This document shows positions 1-9,225 of a DNA stretch of 64,000 nucleotides, one piece after another. The position numbers and the translations under genes are program-made. The notes beneath the pieces were generated by a model. That model saw only the letters and a list, made by a program, of their open reading frames with translations, did no database searches and was not told the origin of the DNA. The stretch is from Deferrisomatales bacterium (GTDB taxonomy: Bacteria; Desulfobacterota; Deferrisomatia; Deferrisomatales; JARGFW01): NCBI GenBank assembly GCA_029211085.1, contig JARGFW010000004.1, positions 971 through 64,970 on the forward strand. Reading direction: 5' to 3'. The first letter of the stretch is position 1. The number at the start of each line of letters is the position of its first letter.

Positions 1-1130
1 GCCCAGGCCTGGTGATCTGGCACCCCAAGGGGGCCCTGTTACGCACCCTGTTGGAGGACTTCGAGCGGCGCGAGCACCTCAAGCGCGGCTATCAGATCGT
101 GATGGGCCCGCAGATCCTTCGCAAAGAACTGTGGGAGCGCTCCGGCCACTACGACAACTACCGCGAGAATATGTACTTCACCGAGGTGGAGGGGCAGTCC
201 TACGGCGTCAAGCCCATGAACTGCCTGGCCCACATGGTGATCTACAAATCCAAGCTGCGCTCCTACCGCGACCTGCCTCTGCGCTACTTCGAACTGGGCA
301 CGGTGCACCGCCACGAGAAGTCCGGGGTGCTCCACGGCCTGACCCGGGTGCGCGGCTTTACCCAGGACGATGCCCACATCCTCTGCACTCCCGAGCAACT
401 GCCCCAGGAAATCACCGCGATCTTGGAGTTCATCAAGGACGTGATGGCACAGTTCGGGTTCGCCTACGAGGTGGAACTCAGTACCCGGCCGGAGAAATCC
501 ATCGGAGACGACGCCTCCTGGGAGGCTGCCACCGAGGCCCTGCGGCAGGCACTGGAGGCCCACCACATCGCCTACGAGGTCAACGCGGGCGACGGTGCGT
601 TCTATGGCCCGAAGATCGATGTGAAGCTCAAGGATGCGCTTGACAGAAAGTGGCAATGTGCTACAATCCAGGCCGATTTCACCCTTCCAGAGCGGTTCGA
701 TCTGACCTACGTGGCTCCGGATGGGGAGCGCCGCAGGCCGGTGATGTTGCACCGGGTGATTCTTGGCTCGATTGAGCGCTTCATCGGGATCCTCATCGAG
801 CACTTTGCCGGCGCTTTCCCGACTTGGCTGGCCCCCGTCCAGGTCATTCTCCTCCCTATCACCGATCGGCACGCCCCCTACGCTCGAGAGGTGGAGGGGC
901 TTTTGCGTTCCAGGGGGTTGCGGGCGGAGGTGGACGGGCGCAACGAGAAGCTCGGATTCAAGATCCGCGAGGCCCAGTTGCAGAAAATTCCGTTCATGGT
1001 GGTGATCGGCGACAATGAGGTCGCCGACCGCGCCGTTTCTCCCCGCCGCTACGGAGGGGATTCCGAATCGTCGGTGCCGCTGGACGAGTTCGTGCAGCGT
1101 GTGGTAGAGGAGTCTTCGCCCCGGCAGTGA
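1..1130 (+). CDS. thrS: threonine--tRNA ligase, C-terminal ~375 aa (5' end lies outside the window)
   Basis: The frame is open from the window edge to TGA 1128-1130. It contains class II aaRS core motifs ([21 protein letters not shown]) and an anticodon-binding C-terminus. The canonical thrS-infC-rpmI-rplT-pheST neighbourhood follows. Confidence 0.95.
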   Translation, partial: PGLVIWHPKGALLRTLLEDFERREHLKRGYQIVMGPQILRKELWERSGHYDNYRENMYFTEVEGQSYGVKPMNCLAHMVIYKSKLRSYRDLPLRYFELGTVHRHEKSGVLHGLTRVRGFTQDDAHILCTPEQLPQEITAILEFIKDVMAQFGFAYEVELSTRPEKSIGDDASWEAATEALRQALEAHHIAYEVNAGDGAFYGPKIDVKLKDALDRKWQCATIQADFTLPERFDLTYVAPDGERRRPVMLHRVILGSIERFIGILIEHFAGAFPTWLAPVQVILLPITDRHAPYAREVEGLLRSRGLRAEVDGRNEKLGFKIREAQLQKIPFMVVIGDNEVADRAVSPRRYGGDSESSVPLDEFVQRVVEESSPRQ

Positions 1131-1175
1131 AAGGCCGGGCTCGGCCGCTCCAAGACCTGACCCAGGAGGTGTGTC

Positions 1176-1703
1176 ATCGCAGAACAACCACGCATCAACC
1201 GCATGATCGTTACCCGCGAAGTTCGCGCCATCGGCCACGAAGGCGACCAACTGGGCATCCTCCCCCTGGAGCGTGCCCTGGCCATGGCCGAGGAGTTGGA
1301 GCTGGACCTGGTGGAGGTGGCGCCCCTGGCGCGGCCACCGGTGTGCAAGATCATGGACTATGGCCGCTATAAATATCACTTGGCCAAGAAAGCTGTCGAA
1401 GCCAAGAAGCGCCAGACCGTGGTGCATCTCAAAGAGGTGAAGGTCCGCCCCAAGACCGAATCCCACGACTTCGAGGTCAAACTCAAGAAGGTGCGGGAGT
1501 TTCTCGGCGAAGGCAACAAGGTCAAGGTCACGGTGATGTTTCGTGGCCGCGAGGTGACCATCCCGGAGAAGGGACTGGAACAACTGCAGAAGATGCTCGC
1601 ACGCCTGCAGGACGAAGCAAAGGTGGAGTCGCCCCCCAAGCGCGAGGGGCGGACCATGTACATGATGCTGGCCCCGGGGGTGGGGAAAGCCCAAACCAAA
1701 TAG
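1176..1703 (+). CDS. infC: translation initiation factor IF-3, probable non-canonical ATC start
   Basis: The ORF track starts at ATG 1203, but the conserved IF-3 N-terminal block ([20 protein letters not shown], compare E. coli RINGEIRAQEVRL) begins upstream. The frame opens after TGA 1158-1160. AGGAGG at 1164-1169 lies 6 nt before ATC 1176. Confidence 0.85.
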   Translation: MAEQPRINRMIVTREVRAIGHEGDQLGILPLERALAMAEELELDLVEVAPLARPPVCKIMDYGRYKYHLAKKAVEAKKRQTVVHLKEVKVRPKTESHDFEVKLKKVREFLGEGNKVKVTVMFRGREVTIPEKGLEQLQKMLARLQDEAKVESPPKREGRTMYMMLAPGVGKAQTK

Positions 1704-1753
1704 CGCCTCGGCGCGTTTCCCGGCCGCTGTCGGGGTCCATGGAGGATCGTGTA

Positions 1754-1951
1754 ATGCCCAAGATGAAGAGTAGGCGGGCCGCCGCCAAGCGGTTCAAACT
1801 GACTGCCAGCGGCAAGATCAAGCATCGGAAGGCTTTTCGCAGCCACTTGCTGGGCCACAAGTCCAGAAAGCTCAAGCGCCAGTTCCGGGGCGCGGCGTAC
1901 GCGGACTCCACCAACGTGGCGGCCGTCAAGAGAATGTTGCCTTATCTATAA
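1754..1951 (+). CDS. rpmI: 50S ribosomal protein L35
   Basis: [28 protein letters not shown] is a typical L35 sequence. GGAGGA lies upstream of ATG 1754. Confidence 0.95.
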   Translation: MPKMKSRRAAAKRFKLTASGKIKHRKAFRSHLLGHKSRKLKRQFRGAAYADSTNVAAVKRMLPYL

Positions 1952-2068
1952 GACCCCCTAGCGCGTTCGTCGCCTTTCACGCCTCACCCCCGGGCCAGCC
2001 ATGTGCCCGAGACGGGTAGGCAGGCCCCGCGGGGCCCCGGGCGCCGGGCGCAGATCGAGGAGAAAGCC

Positions 2069-2422
2069 ATGGCACGCATCAAACCGTCCGTCCCGTCCCG
2101 TCAGCGGCGGCGCAAGATCCTCAAACAGACCAAGGGTTTCGTCGGTGGGCGTCGGCGCCTGCTGCGCACCGCCACGGAGGCCCTGCACAGGGCCTGGGCG
2201 TACTCGTACCGCGATCGCAAGGTGCGCAAGCGGGAGTTCCGGCGCCTGTGGATCGCGCGCATCAGCGCCGCGGCCAAGCTCAACCAGATCTCCTACAGCC
2301 GGTTGATCGACGCCTGCAAGAAGTCCAACGTCGACCTCAACCGCAAGGTTCTCTCCGAGATCGCCATCCACCATCCCGAGGATTTCAGCCGCCTGGTCGA
2401 GCAGGTCCGCTCCGCCGGCTAG
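2069..2422 (+). CDS. rplT: 50S ribosomal protein L20
   Basis: MARIKPSVPSRQRRRKILKQTKGF...RDRKVRKREFRRLWIARI matches L20. GAGGAGAAAG lies before ATG 2069. Confidence 0.95.
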   Translation: MARIKPSVPSRQRRRKILKQTKGFVGGRRRLLRTATEALHRAWAYSYRDRKVRKREFRRLWIARISAAAKLNQISYSRLIDACKKSNVDLNRKVLSEIAIHHPEDFSRLVEQVRSAG

Positions 2423-2492
2423 AGGCGTTGCGGGGTACCTCGCCCGGGGTTGTGGCCGGTGCGTGCTGCCGGGGTAGGGATGGGAGTGTCTC

Positions 2493-3512
2493 ATGATCGA
2501 CAAACTGAAAGCCCTCCAGGCGGAGGCCGCTGGTGCAGTCGCCGGTGCCGCCACTCTGGCGGCCCTCGACGATCTGCGGATACACTACCTGGGTCGCAAA
2601 GGGGCCGTGACCGGCTGCCTGCGCGACATGGGCAAACTCTCCGCCGCCGAACGCCCGGCGGTGGGTAAGGCCGCCAATGAGGTGAAAGACGCCATCGAGG
2701 CGGTACTCGCGGCGCGGGGCGAGGCACTGCAGCGGTCGGAGCGGGGCGCGCGGTTCGCGGCGGAGGCGGTGGATGTCACCCGGCCCGGGCGGCGCAGCCA
2801 CCGCGGCGGTCTGCACCCGGTCACCCTGGTGCTGCGTGAGATGCTCGACCTGTTCGTGGGGATGGGGTACGCGGTGGCCGACGGTCCCGAGGTGGAGACC
2901 GAGTACTACAACTTCGAAGCACTCAACATCCCCGCCCACCACCCGGCCCGGGACATGCAGGACACCTTTTATGTCGCCCCGGGTGTGGTGCTGCGCACCC
3001 ACACTTCCCCGGTGCAGGTGCGGGTGATGGAGACCACGCGCCCGCCGGTGAAGATCGTGGCGCCGGGCAAGGTGTACCGCTGTGACGCCGACATCACCCA
3101 CTCTCCCATGTTCCACCAGGTGGAGGGGTTGCTGGTGGATGAGGGGGTCACCTTCGCCGACCTCAAGGGCATGCTCACCGCGTTCCTGCACAGCTACTAC
3201 GGCCCCGACACCGGGGTGCGCTTCCGCCCCAGCTACTTCCCCTTTACCGAGCCCAGCGCCGAGGTGGACATCCAGTGCGTGCTGTGCGGCGGCAGCGGTT
3301 GTCGCATCTGCTCGGGTACCGGATGGCTCGAGATCCTGGGCTGCGGCATGGTGGATCCGGCGGTGTACGGCTTCGTGGGCTACGACCCCGAGCGCTACCA
3401 GGGCTTCGCGTTCGGCATGGGGGTGGAGCGTATCGCCATGCTGAAGTACGGCATCGGCGACATCCGCCTGTTCTACGAGAACGACGCCCGCTTCCTGTCC
3501 CACTTCAGCTGA
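2493..3512 (+). CDS. pheS: phenylalanine--tRNA ligase alpha subunit
   Basis: 339 aa with PheS motifs (HPARDMQDTFY, FRPSYFPFTEPSAEVD, GFAFGMGVERIAM). Confidence 0.95.
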   Translation: MIDKLKALQAEAAGAVAGAATLAALDDLRIHYLGRKGAVTGCLRDMGKLSAAERPAVGKAANEVKDAIEAVLAARGEALQRSERGARFAAEAVDVTRPGRRSHRGGLHPVTLVLREMLDLFVGMGYAVADGPEVETEYYNFEALNIPAHHPARDMQDTFYVAPGVVLRTHTSPVQVRVMETTRPPVKIVAPGKVYRCDADITHSPMFHQVEGLLVDEGVTFADLKGMLTAFLHSYYGPDTGVRFRPSYFPFTEPSAEVDIQCVLCGGSGCRICSGTGWLEILGCGMVDPAVYGFVGYDPERYQGFAFGMGVERIAMLKYGIGDIRLFYENDARFLSHFS

Positions 3513-3527
3513 GTTCCAGGACACACC

Positions 3528-5945
3528 ATGCGCATCAGTCTGAACTGGCTCCGAGACTACGTGGATCTCCGCGCCGACGCCGATGAACTGGCCCACCGCC
3601 TGACCATGGCGGGGCTGGAGGTGTCTGCGGTGGAGACCCTGGGGGCTGGCATCGAAGGGGTCGTAACCGCCCGTATCGTGGAGAGGGGACCCCACCCGGG
3701 GGCGGATCGCTTGAGCCTGTGCCGGGTCGATGACGGCACCGAGATCCACGAGATCGTCTGCGGCGCCACCAATATGCAAGCCGGCGACGCGGTGGCCCTG
3801 GCCCGGGTGGGCACCCGGTTGCCCGGCGGCCTGAAGATCAAGAAGGCCAAGATCCGCGGGCAGGCGAGCTCTGGCATGATGTGTTCGGAGCGCGAGCTGG
3901 GTCTGGGGGAGGGGCACGATGGCATCCTCATCCTGCCTCCGAACACCGCGCTGGGGCGCCCCCTGGTGGAGGTGCTGGGCTTGCCCGACACCGTGTTCGA
4001 GGTGGACCTCACCCCCAACCGGGCCGACTGTCTGTCGGTGGTGGGGGTGGCGCGGGAGGTGGCCGCACTGACCGGTGCCGAACTGCGGTTGCCGGAGCCC
4101 AACCTCGCTGAGTCGGGGGAACCGATAGCCGACCAGACCTCGGTGACCATCGAGGATCCGGAGCTGTGCCGCAGGTACGCCGCCCGCATCGTGCGGGGGG
4201 TGCGTATCGGCCCCTCCCCGCGGTGGCTGCAGCAACGGTTGCAGGCGGTGGGGGTGCGGGCCCTCAACAACGTGGTCGATGTCACCAACTACGTGCTGAT
4301 GGAACTGGGGCACCCGCTCCACGCCTTTGACCTCCAACGCCTCGGCGGGCAGCGCATCGTGGTGCGTCGCGCCCGCGACGGGGAGTCCTTCACCACCCTG
4401 GATGGCCAGGAGCGGTGCCTGGATGCGGACACCCTGATGATCTGTGACGGGGACGGGCCCGTGGCCGTCGCCGGGATCATGGGGGGGCTGAACAGCGAGG
4501 TGGAGGACACCACCCGAGACGTGCTGCTGGAGAGTGCGTACTTCGACCCGGCGAACATCCGACGTTCGTCCAAGGCGCTGGGGTTGAGCACCGAGGCCTC
4601 CTACCGCTTCGAACGCGGCACCGACATCGAGGGTCTGATCCGGGCCCTGGACCGGGCCGCCGGGCTGATCGCCGAACTCGCCGGGGGGACCGTGGCCGCG
4701 GGCATCTGGGACGCCTTTCCCGGGCCACGGGCACGGCGGCGGGTCACCTGTCGGCCCGCCCGGGTGAGTGCCGTGCTCGGGGTAGAGCTTTCCCGGGACG
4801 CGATCGTCACCTATCTGCAGGCCCTCGGCCTGTCGCCGGTCGCGGAGACCGGGTCGGAAACCACCTTCGAGGTGCCGCCCCACCGGGTGGACCTGGAGCG
4901 CGAGATCGACCTCATCGAAGAGGTGGCGCGTCTCCACGGCTACGATGCGATCCCCGCCACCCTGCCCAAGGTGGCGATGACCGCCGGCGAACGGCCCGCC
5001 GCCCGACGCACGGCGGACCGTGCCCGCGATGTCCTGGTTGCCGCCGGCCTGACAGAGGCGATCAACCTGAGCTTCATCGACCCCGCCGAAGACGAGCGCC
5101 TGGCCCTCGGGGCGGACGATGCGCTGCGGCGCAAGGTGGTGATCCAAAACCCGCTCAATAGCGAGACCGCAGTGTTGCGCACCACCCTGTTGCCGGGGTT
5201 GCTGCGTGCGGCGGGGCTCAATAACCGCCGCCAGACCGGGGCCGTGCGGCTGTTCGAGGTGGGAAGAACCTACCACCCGGTGGACGGGCAAGTACTGCCC
5301 CGGGAAGTGCAGAGGGTCGGTGCTGTACTCGCGGGAGAGCAGCGCCCCCTGGGTTGGCTCGCCAGCGCCCAGGCGGTGGATTTCTTCGACGCCAAGGGAG
5401 TCGTCGAAGGGTTTGTCGCCACCCTGGGTGTCGATGGTTTGGGTTGGGAAACCGTGACGGACAGGCCCTGGTTGCACCCCGGGCGCGGGGCGGTGCTGGT
5501 GCTGGGGGGCGAGGAACTGGGGTGGTGCGGTCAGTTGCACCCGGACCGGGCGGAGGCCTACCAGGTTCCCGAACCGCTCTTCGCGTTCGAGCTCGACCTG
5601 AATCGGTTGCAGCAGGCCGGCCGTAAGCCCGGAGCGTTTCCCGGTTTGGACCGCTACCCGGCCGTGGCGCGCGACCTGGCGGTGGTGCTCGACCGCGGGG
5701 TGCCGGTGCAGCAGGTGTTGGATGCCGTTGCAGACTGCCGCGGCCGGGAACCGCTGCTTCGTTCAGCCACCTTGTTCGACATATACGAGGGGGAGCGACT
5801 GGCGGCGGACAAGGTGAGCCTAGCGATTCGGGTCGTGTACCGTTCCGAGGAGCGCACCCTCACCGAGGAAGAAGTGCAGCGGGCGGAAGCCGGGGTGCTG
5901 ACCCATCTGGAGCAACAACTGGGGGCACGCCTGCGCGGCCGCTGA
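3528..5945 (+). CDS. pheT: phenylalanine--tRNA ligase beta subunit
   Basis: 805 aa. It starts MRISLNWLRDYV and has tRNA-binding, B3/4, B5 and FDX-ACB-like regions. It lies directly downstream of pheS. Confidence 0.95.
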   Translation: MRISLNWLRDYVDLRADADELAHRLTMAGLEVSAVETLGAGIEGVVTARIVERGPHPGADRLSLCRVDDGTEIHEIVCGATNMQAGDAVALARVGTRLPGGLKIKKAKIRGQASSGMMCSERELGLGEGHDGILILPPNTALGRPLVEVLGLPDTVFEVDLTPNRADCLSVVGVAREVAALTGAELRLPEPNLAESGEPIADQTSVTIEDPELCRRYAARIVRGVRIGPSPRWLQQRLQAVGVRALNNVVDVTNYVLMELGHPLHAFDLQRLGGQRIVVRRARDGESFTTLDGQERCLDADTLMICDGDGPVAVAGIMGGLNSEVEDTTRDVLLESAYFDPANIRRSSKALGLSTEASYRFERGTDIEGLIRALDRAAGLIAELAGGTVAAGIWDAFPGPRARRRVTCRPARVSAVLGVELSRDAIVTYLQALGLSPVAETGSETTFEVPPHRVDLEREIDLIEEVARLHGYDAIPATLPKVAMTAGERPAARRTADRARDVLVAAGLTEAINLSFIDPAEDERLALGADDALRRKVVIQNPLNSETAVLRTTLLPGLLRAAGLNNRRQTGAVRLFEVGRTYHPVDGQVLPREVQRVGAVLAGEQRPLGWLASAQAVDFFDAKGVVEGFVATLGVDGLGWETVTDRPWLHPGRGAVLVLGGEELGWCGQLHPDRAEAYQVPEPLFAFELDLNRLQQAGRKPGAFPGLDRYPAVARDLAVVLDRGVPVQQVLDAVADCRGREPLLRSATLFDIYEGERLAADKVSLAIRVVYRSEERTLTEEEVQRAEAGVLTHLEQQLGARLRGR

Positions 5946-6024
5946 TGGTTTCGGGTTCGGGTGCAGTGCCCCGACCCTCCCTGGATCGTGATCGTCTTGC
6001 ATTGGCAGGAAAGGATAGGAGCCC

Positions 6025-6306
6025 ATGACCAAATCGGAGATCGTCGAAGCCATTCACGATCATGTCGGATTCACCAAGAAGCGCTCCTCAGAAGTGGTGA
6101 GCCTGGTGCTCGACATCATCAAAGAAGCCCTGGAGCGGGGGGAGAAGGTGAAGATCAGCGGGTTCGGCAACTTCGAGATCCGCAACAAGGATCCCCGCAA
6201 AGGGCGCAACCCCCAGACCGGAGAGGAGATCACCATCTCGGAACGGCGAGTGCTCACCTTCAAACCCAGCCAAGTCCTCAAGGAGCGGCTCAACGGCAAC
6301 GGATAA
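6025..6306 (+). CDS. ihfA: integration host factor alpha subunit (HU/IHF family)
   Basis: 93 aa with GFGNFEIRNKDPRKGRNPQTGEEITISERRVLTFKPSQ. It occupies the conserved position after pheT. Confidence 0.9.
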   Translation: MTKSEIVEAIHDHVGFTKKRSSEVVSLVLDIIKEALERGEKVKISGFGNFEIRNKDPRKGRNPQTGEEITISERRVLTFKPSQVLKERLNGNG

Positions 6307-6374
6307 CACCGTTGCTTTTGGTGGGTGAGATTGGTAGAGTTTGCCCCCGCTCTGAACGGGAGGAGGCGCGCCCC

Positions 6375-6740
6375 TTGGAAACGCAGCCGATCCCCCAAAA
6401 GCTCTACTATCGTATCGGAGAGGTGGCCGACATCGTCGGGGTCAAGCCCCACGTGCTGCGCTACTGGGAGTCGGAGTTCGGCCTGCTGTCGCCGCGCAAG
6501 AACGAGGGCAACCAGCGATTCTACACCCAGAAGGATCTGCAGAAGATCCTGATGATCAAGCAGCTCCTGTACGAGGAGCGATTCACCATCGCCGGGGCTC
6601 GTCGCAGGCTCCGCGAGGAATGGCGAAACAATCAGCAGAAGGCAGCTCCGAGCAGGCCCCCGGCGCCGATCGACAACCGCCGGCAACTGCTCGCTCAGCT
6701 CCGCAAGGAGGTCCAGGAGCTGATCCAACTGCTGCAGTGA
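6375..6740 (+). CDS. MerR-family transcriptional regulator (start uncertain: TTG 6375 or GTG 6321)
   Basis: The MerR HTH is YYRIGEVADIVGVKPHVLRYWESEFGLLSPRKNEGNQRFY. AGGAGG at 6361-6366 lies 8 nt before TTG 6375. The longer ORF from 5961 overlaps ihfA and is not credible. Confidence 0.8.
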   Translation: METQPIPQKLYYRIGEVADIVGVKPHVLRYWESEFGLLSPRKNEGNQRFYTQKDLQKILMIKQLLYEERFTIAGARRRLREEWRNNQQKAAPSRPPAPIDNRRQLLAQLRKEVQELIQLLQ

Positions 6741-6758
6741 TAGGACATAAGGAAAACG

Positions 6759-6835
6759 TCGGGACGTAGCGCAGTCTGGTAGCGCACCTGAATGGGGTTC
6801 AGGGGGTCGGAGGTTCGAATCCTCTCGTCCCGACC
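6759..6835 (+). tRNA. tRNA-Pro, anticodon GGG, with encoded CCA
   Basis: Cloverleaf read by eye: acceptor CGGGACG/CGTCCCG, D arm GCGC-AGTCTGGTA-GCGC, anticodon stem CCTGA/TCAGG with loop ATGGGGT (GGG), T arm GGAGG-TTCGAATC-CCTCT, then A-CCA. Confidence 0.93.
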
Positions 6836-6877
6836 AGTAATATCAAGGGCTTACGGGAACACCCGTAGGCCCTTTGT
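6787..6877 (+). repeat. Direct repeat DR1 (attL-like): 3' half of tRNA-Pro plus terminator hairpin
   Basis: 6787-6838 is identical (52/52) to 14694-14745. Similarity continues through the hairpin to 6877/14784. The 27-nt core 6809-6835 is identical to 23303-23329. Confidence 0.95.
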
Positions 6878-6880
6878 TTT
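6844..6880 (+). terminator. Rho-independent terminator of tRNA-Pro
   Basis: AAGGGCTTACGGG-aaca-CCCGTAGGCCCTT followed by TGTTTTT. Confidence 0.8.
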
Positions 6881-6893
6881 TGGTTTTGCTCAA

Positions 6894-6920
6894 AAGCCGC
6901 CGTCTAAGCCGCCCTTTTGT
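6894..6920 (+). repeat. Arm-type repeat copy 1 (AGCCGCCGTCTAAGCCGCC-c-TTTTGT)
   Basis: 19/19 identity (26/27 overall) with 14533-14559. One copy sits just inside each end of island 1. Confidence 0.85.
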
Positions 6921-6943
6921 CATCGCTGCCCCACGCCACCAGG

Positions 6944-6970
6944 CAAAAAAAGCCCCGGATCTCTCCGGGG
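6944..6970 (-). terminator. Rho-independent terminator ending the island-1 operon
   Basis: The minus strand reads GCCCCGGAGAGATCCGGGGC followed by TTTTTTT, just downstream of the stop of the 6998-7525 CDS. Confidence 0.8.
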
Positions 6971-6997
6971 CCTCGGTGTGTTCTCCTCCCGGGTCCG

Positions 6998-7525
6998 CTA
7001 CTCCACCAACTCCGGGGGCAGCTTCCTGTGCCGCTCCAGCGCCTCCGCCGCCTCCTTCCGCCGCTGCCCCAGCCACACGGACGAGCCCTCCGCGGCGGGG
7101 CGGGTCTGCCGCCGGGCGTTTAGCCACACCTCCCCGTGCACGTTTTCGGGAAAGGTCGGGGAGTAGTCGCTTAGCAGGTCCGCCAGCACTTCGGCCAGGT
7201 GGGCGCGTTGCAGCGCCTCGCCGTCCTGGTGTGCCTCCCTGGCCGCCTGCGCCTCCTGTTCCAGCCTGGCCAGTTCAATCGCGTGCTCGGCCACGGCCAC
7301 CGCCCGGATATCCTCCACCGAGGAGCGGGCGCCCTCCAGTTTGTCTCTGGCCCTCGTGGCGGCCTTTGTGGTGGTCTCCAGCTCTGCCTCGGACTTCTTG
7401 GTGGGGGACTTGTAATTCATCGCCAAGGCCGCCCGGCGGGCCACCTCCGCGGTCTCCAGCTGTGCCTCGAGTTGGGGAATCGTCTCGGTGGTCAGGTTGC
7501 GCAATCGTTGCAGATATTCGCCCAT
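6998..7525 (-). CDS. hypothetical coiled-coil protein (possible scaffold or size-determination factor)
   Basis: 175 aa, rich in heptad-like E/A/R/L segments. AAGGAG lies 8 nt upstream of ATG 7525. It follows the protease gene directly. Confidence 0.6.
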   Translation of the reverse strand: MGEYLQRLRNLTTETIPQLEAQLETAEVARRAALAMNYKSPTKKSEAELETTTKAATRARDKLEGARSSVEDIRAVAVAEHAIELARLEQEAQAAREAHQDGEALQRAHLAEVLADLLSDYSPTFPENVHGEVWLNARRQTRPAAEGSSVWLGQRRKEAAEALERHRKLPPELVE

Positions 7526-7528
7526 CGG

Positions 7529-8329
7529 TCATGCTCCTTTCGGTGTGGTGGTGCTGGGTGTGGTGGTGCTCATCAGATAGGTGAGGGCCTCTCTTGCCGT
7601 GCCTCCAGAGCAAATTCCGTCAATCAGTCGGGGCAGTGGCCCCGTCGCCGCCTCTTCGGCCGTGCCGATCCGGGCGCCGCCCCACCGCTCCCGGAGGTAC
7701 TCGGGGGTCACGCCGCGGTGCTTGGTCAGGGTCGCCACAAACTCCGCCGCCGCGGCCTCGGTTGAGGCTTGCAGGGCCGCCAAGTTTTCGGGGGTCGCGT
7801 CGAGGTCGAGGAACTCCGGCGCGCAGTCCGGCGGGTCTTTGGTCTTGCCATCCGGGTGTTCCACCAACACGGGCCGGCCCTTCAGGCACACAAACTGCCG
7901 GGTGCCGACGCTACCCACCGCCGCGCCGGGTGTGGCATAGGTCAGGCCCGCCGCGCTTGCTATCCACAGGCCAGCCGACAGGGCGGTTTCAATCCAGGCC
8001 ACGGAAGGGACCACCGCCCGGAGGTCAAAAAGTGCGCCGCCAATCGCCCGGGCCGCGGTCGAGCTCCCGCCTCGGCAATTCACCCGGAGGAAAAGCCCTT
8101 TTGCTCCTTCGTCCACCGCCCGCCGGAGGTCGTCGGCAAGGGCCGCGTCTTGGTCCCGCAGGTAGCCGTCCAAGTGGAGGGTGAACACGTCCCAGGGCCG
8201 CGGGAGGCGCCGGTGCTCGGCCTTTGTGTGCGCCGGGGGGGCGGGGCATGGGGTTGCCGCGTGGAGGCTCCGCCAGCCGCACGCGGAGCGCCACGGGCAG
8301 GTGGGGCAGGCGGGGGTCGGTTCAGCCAT
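7529..8329 (-). CDS. S49/ClpP-type serine peptidase (phage head-maturation protease-like); ORF extends to 8404
   Basis: Contains VNCRGGSSTAARAIGGAL and ALSAGLWIASAAGLTYATPGAAVGSVG, which resemble the SppA/S49 motifs (NSPGGS ... ASGGYWIA ... GSIG). A purine-rich SD lies before ATG 8329. Confidence 0.65.
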   Translation of the reverse strand: MAEPTPACPTCPWRSACGWRSLHAATPCPAPPAHTKAEHRRLPRPWDVFTLHLDGYLRDQDAALADDLRRAVDEGAKGLFLRVNCRGGSSTAARAIGGALFDLRAVVPSVAWIETALSAGLWIASAAGLTYATPGAAVGSVGTRQFVCLKGRPVLVEHPDGKTKDPPDCAPEFLDLDATPENLAALQASTEAAAAEFVATLTKHRGVTPEYLRERWGGARIGTAEEAATGPLPRLIDGICSGGTAREALTYLMSTTTPSTTTPKGA

Positions 8330-8512
8330 CGGCGCCGCCCCCTTCTCCCTGCTCGGGCTTGGTGGCGCGGGGCGGAGGTGGTGCCCACAACTTGCGGGCT
8401 TCACGCAATATCACGTCAAGCGCGGGGTCACGCTCGGGCGGTCCGGGCCAGTTCGCCCGGGCTCGGCGGATAAGTCCGCGCACGCGTTCGCGGTCGGGGT
8501 GTTCGGCTGGGT

Positions 8513-8986
8513 TCATGGTAAATTCTCCTCCGTTTCGTCGGGGTCGTTTGGGTCGAATCCAAAGGCCAGTTCATAAAGGGCGCGGTGAATTTCCTCCCCC
8601 AAGATCTCCGCCGCTTCCTGGGGGGTTCTCGTGGCGGCCAGCAGCGGGGCGCATTTGTGGGGCAGTCCCAGCAGTAGGGCGCGGGCTCTTCGGATGCCTT
8701 CGCCCTGCTCCGCGATTGCGTCGTCGCGGCGCATCAACTCACCGGAACGGACCCGGTTTTCCCGCTCCACTTTCTCGGCTTGCGCCGCTGCCAGCCGGGC
8801 GCGTTGTGCTGTCAGGTCAGTTCCCCCGGTGCCGGAAGCCTGGGAGCGCAGGTGGCGAATGTAGCCGACGCGGCACTCGTCCAGGTCGTACCCTGGGCCG
8901 TTCGGCAATATCTTGTCCCCAGCAAGCGCAGTCACGCGCCGCTCGGACAGATCGAGGTGTAGGGCAAGCTCTCTACGTGTGGCCAT
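8513..8986 (-). CDS. phage terminase small subunit, Nu1-like
   Basis: N-terminal winged HTH (MATRRELALHLDLSERRVTALAGDKILP...YDLDECRVGYIRHLR) followed by a coiled coil, as in lambda Nu1. AAGGAGAAGAT lies before the ATG. Confidence 0.7.
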   Translation of the reverse strand: MATRRELALHLDLSERRVTALAGDKILPNGPGYDLDECRVGYIRHLRSQASGTGGTDLTAQRARLAAAQAEKVERENRVRSGELMRRDDAIAEQGEGIRRARALLLGLPHKCAPLLAATRTPQEAAEILGEEIHRALYELAFGFDPNDPDETEENLP

Positions 8987-9212
8987 ATCTTCTCCTTGAG
9001 GGGGCAGGGAACCCCCTAGGCGCCGGTCTGACGCTGGTTTTTCTTCGAGCCCGCTTTCGACCCTCGTTTTCTACGCTCAGGAGGACCCGCAGGCCGTTTG
9101 GTGGCACGGGTTTTGCCGCCGTCGCCTGCTCGTACCGGCGCCGCACAGCGCGGGCCAGGTGGTCGAGGTCGTGGCGTTCTTCCGGGTTGCGGCACTTCTT
9201 ATTTGTGCGCAT
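8973..9212 (-). CDS. small basic hypothetical protein
   Basis: 79 aa. GAGGAGG lies 8 nt before ATG 9212. Third-position GC bias is good in the first half. It overlaps the terS start by 14 nt. Confidence 0.4.
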   Translation of the reverse strand: MRTNKKCRNPEERHDLDHLARAVRRRYEQATAAKPVPPNGLRVLLSVENEGRKRARRKTSVRPAPRGFPAPSRRRYGHT

Positions 9213-9225
9213 GGGTCCCACCTCC

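Noticed and set aside
1952-2068. Regulatory leader between rpmI and rplT (117 nt)
   Set aside because: The spacing is somewhat long, but I saw no convincing L20-binding pseudoknot mimic or terminator. The evidence is insufficient.
2385-5540. 1051-aa ORF on the minus strand
   Set aside because: It is entirely antisense to pheS/pheT. The composition is Gly/Arg/Pro/His-rich with no recognisable domains. This is the typical long shadow ORF of high-GC DNA.
5961-6374. Long N-terminal extension of the MerR ORF
   Set aside because: It overlaps ihfA in another frame and is not protein-like. The MerR HTH begins only after about 6390.
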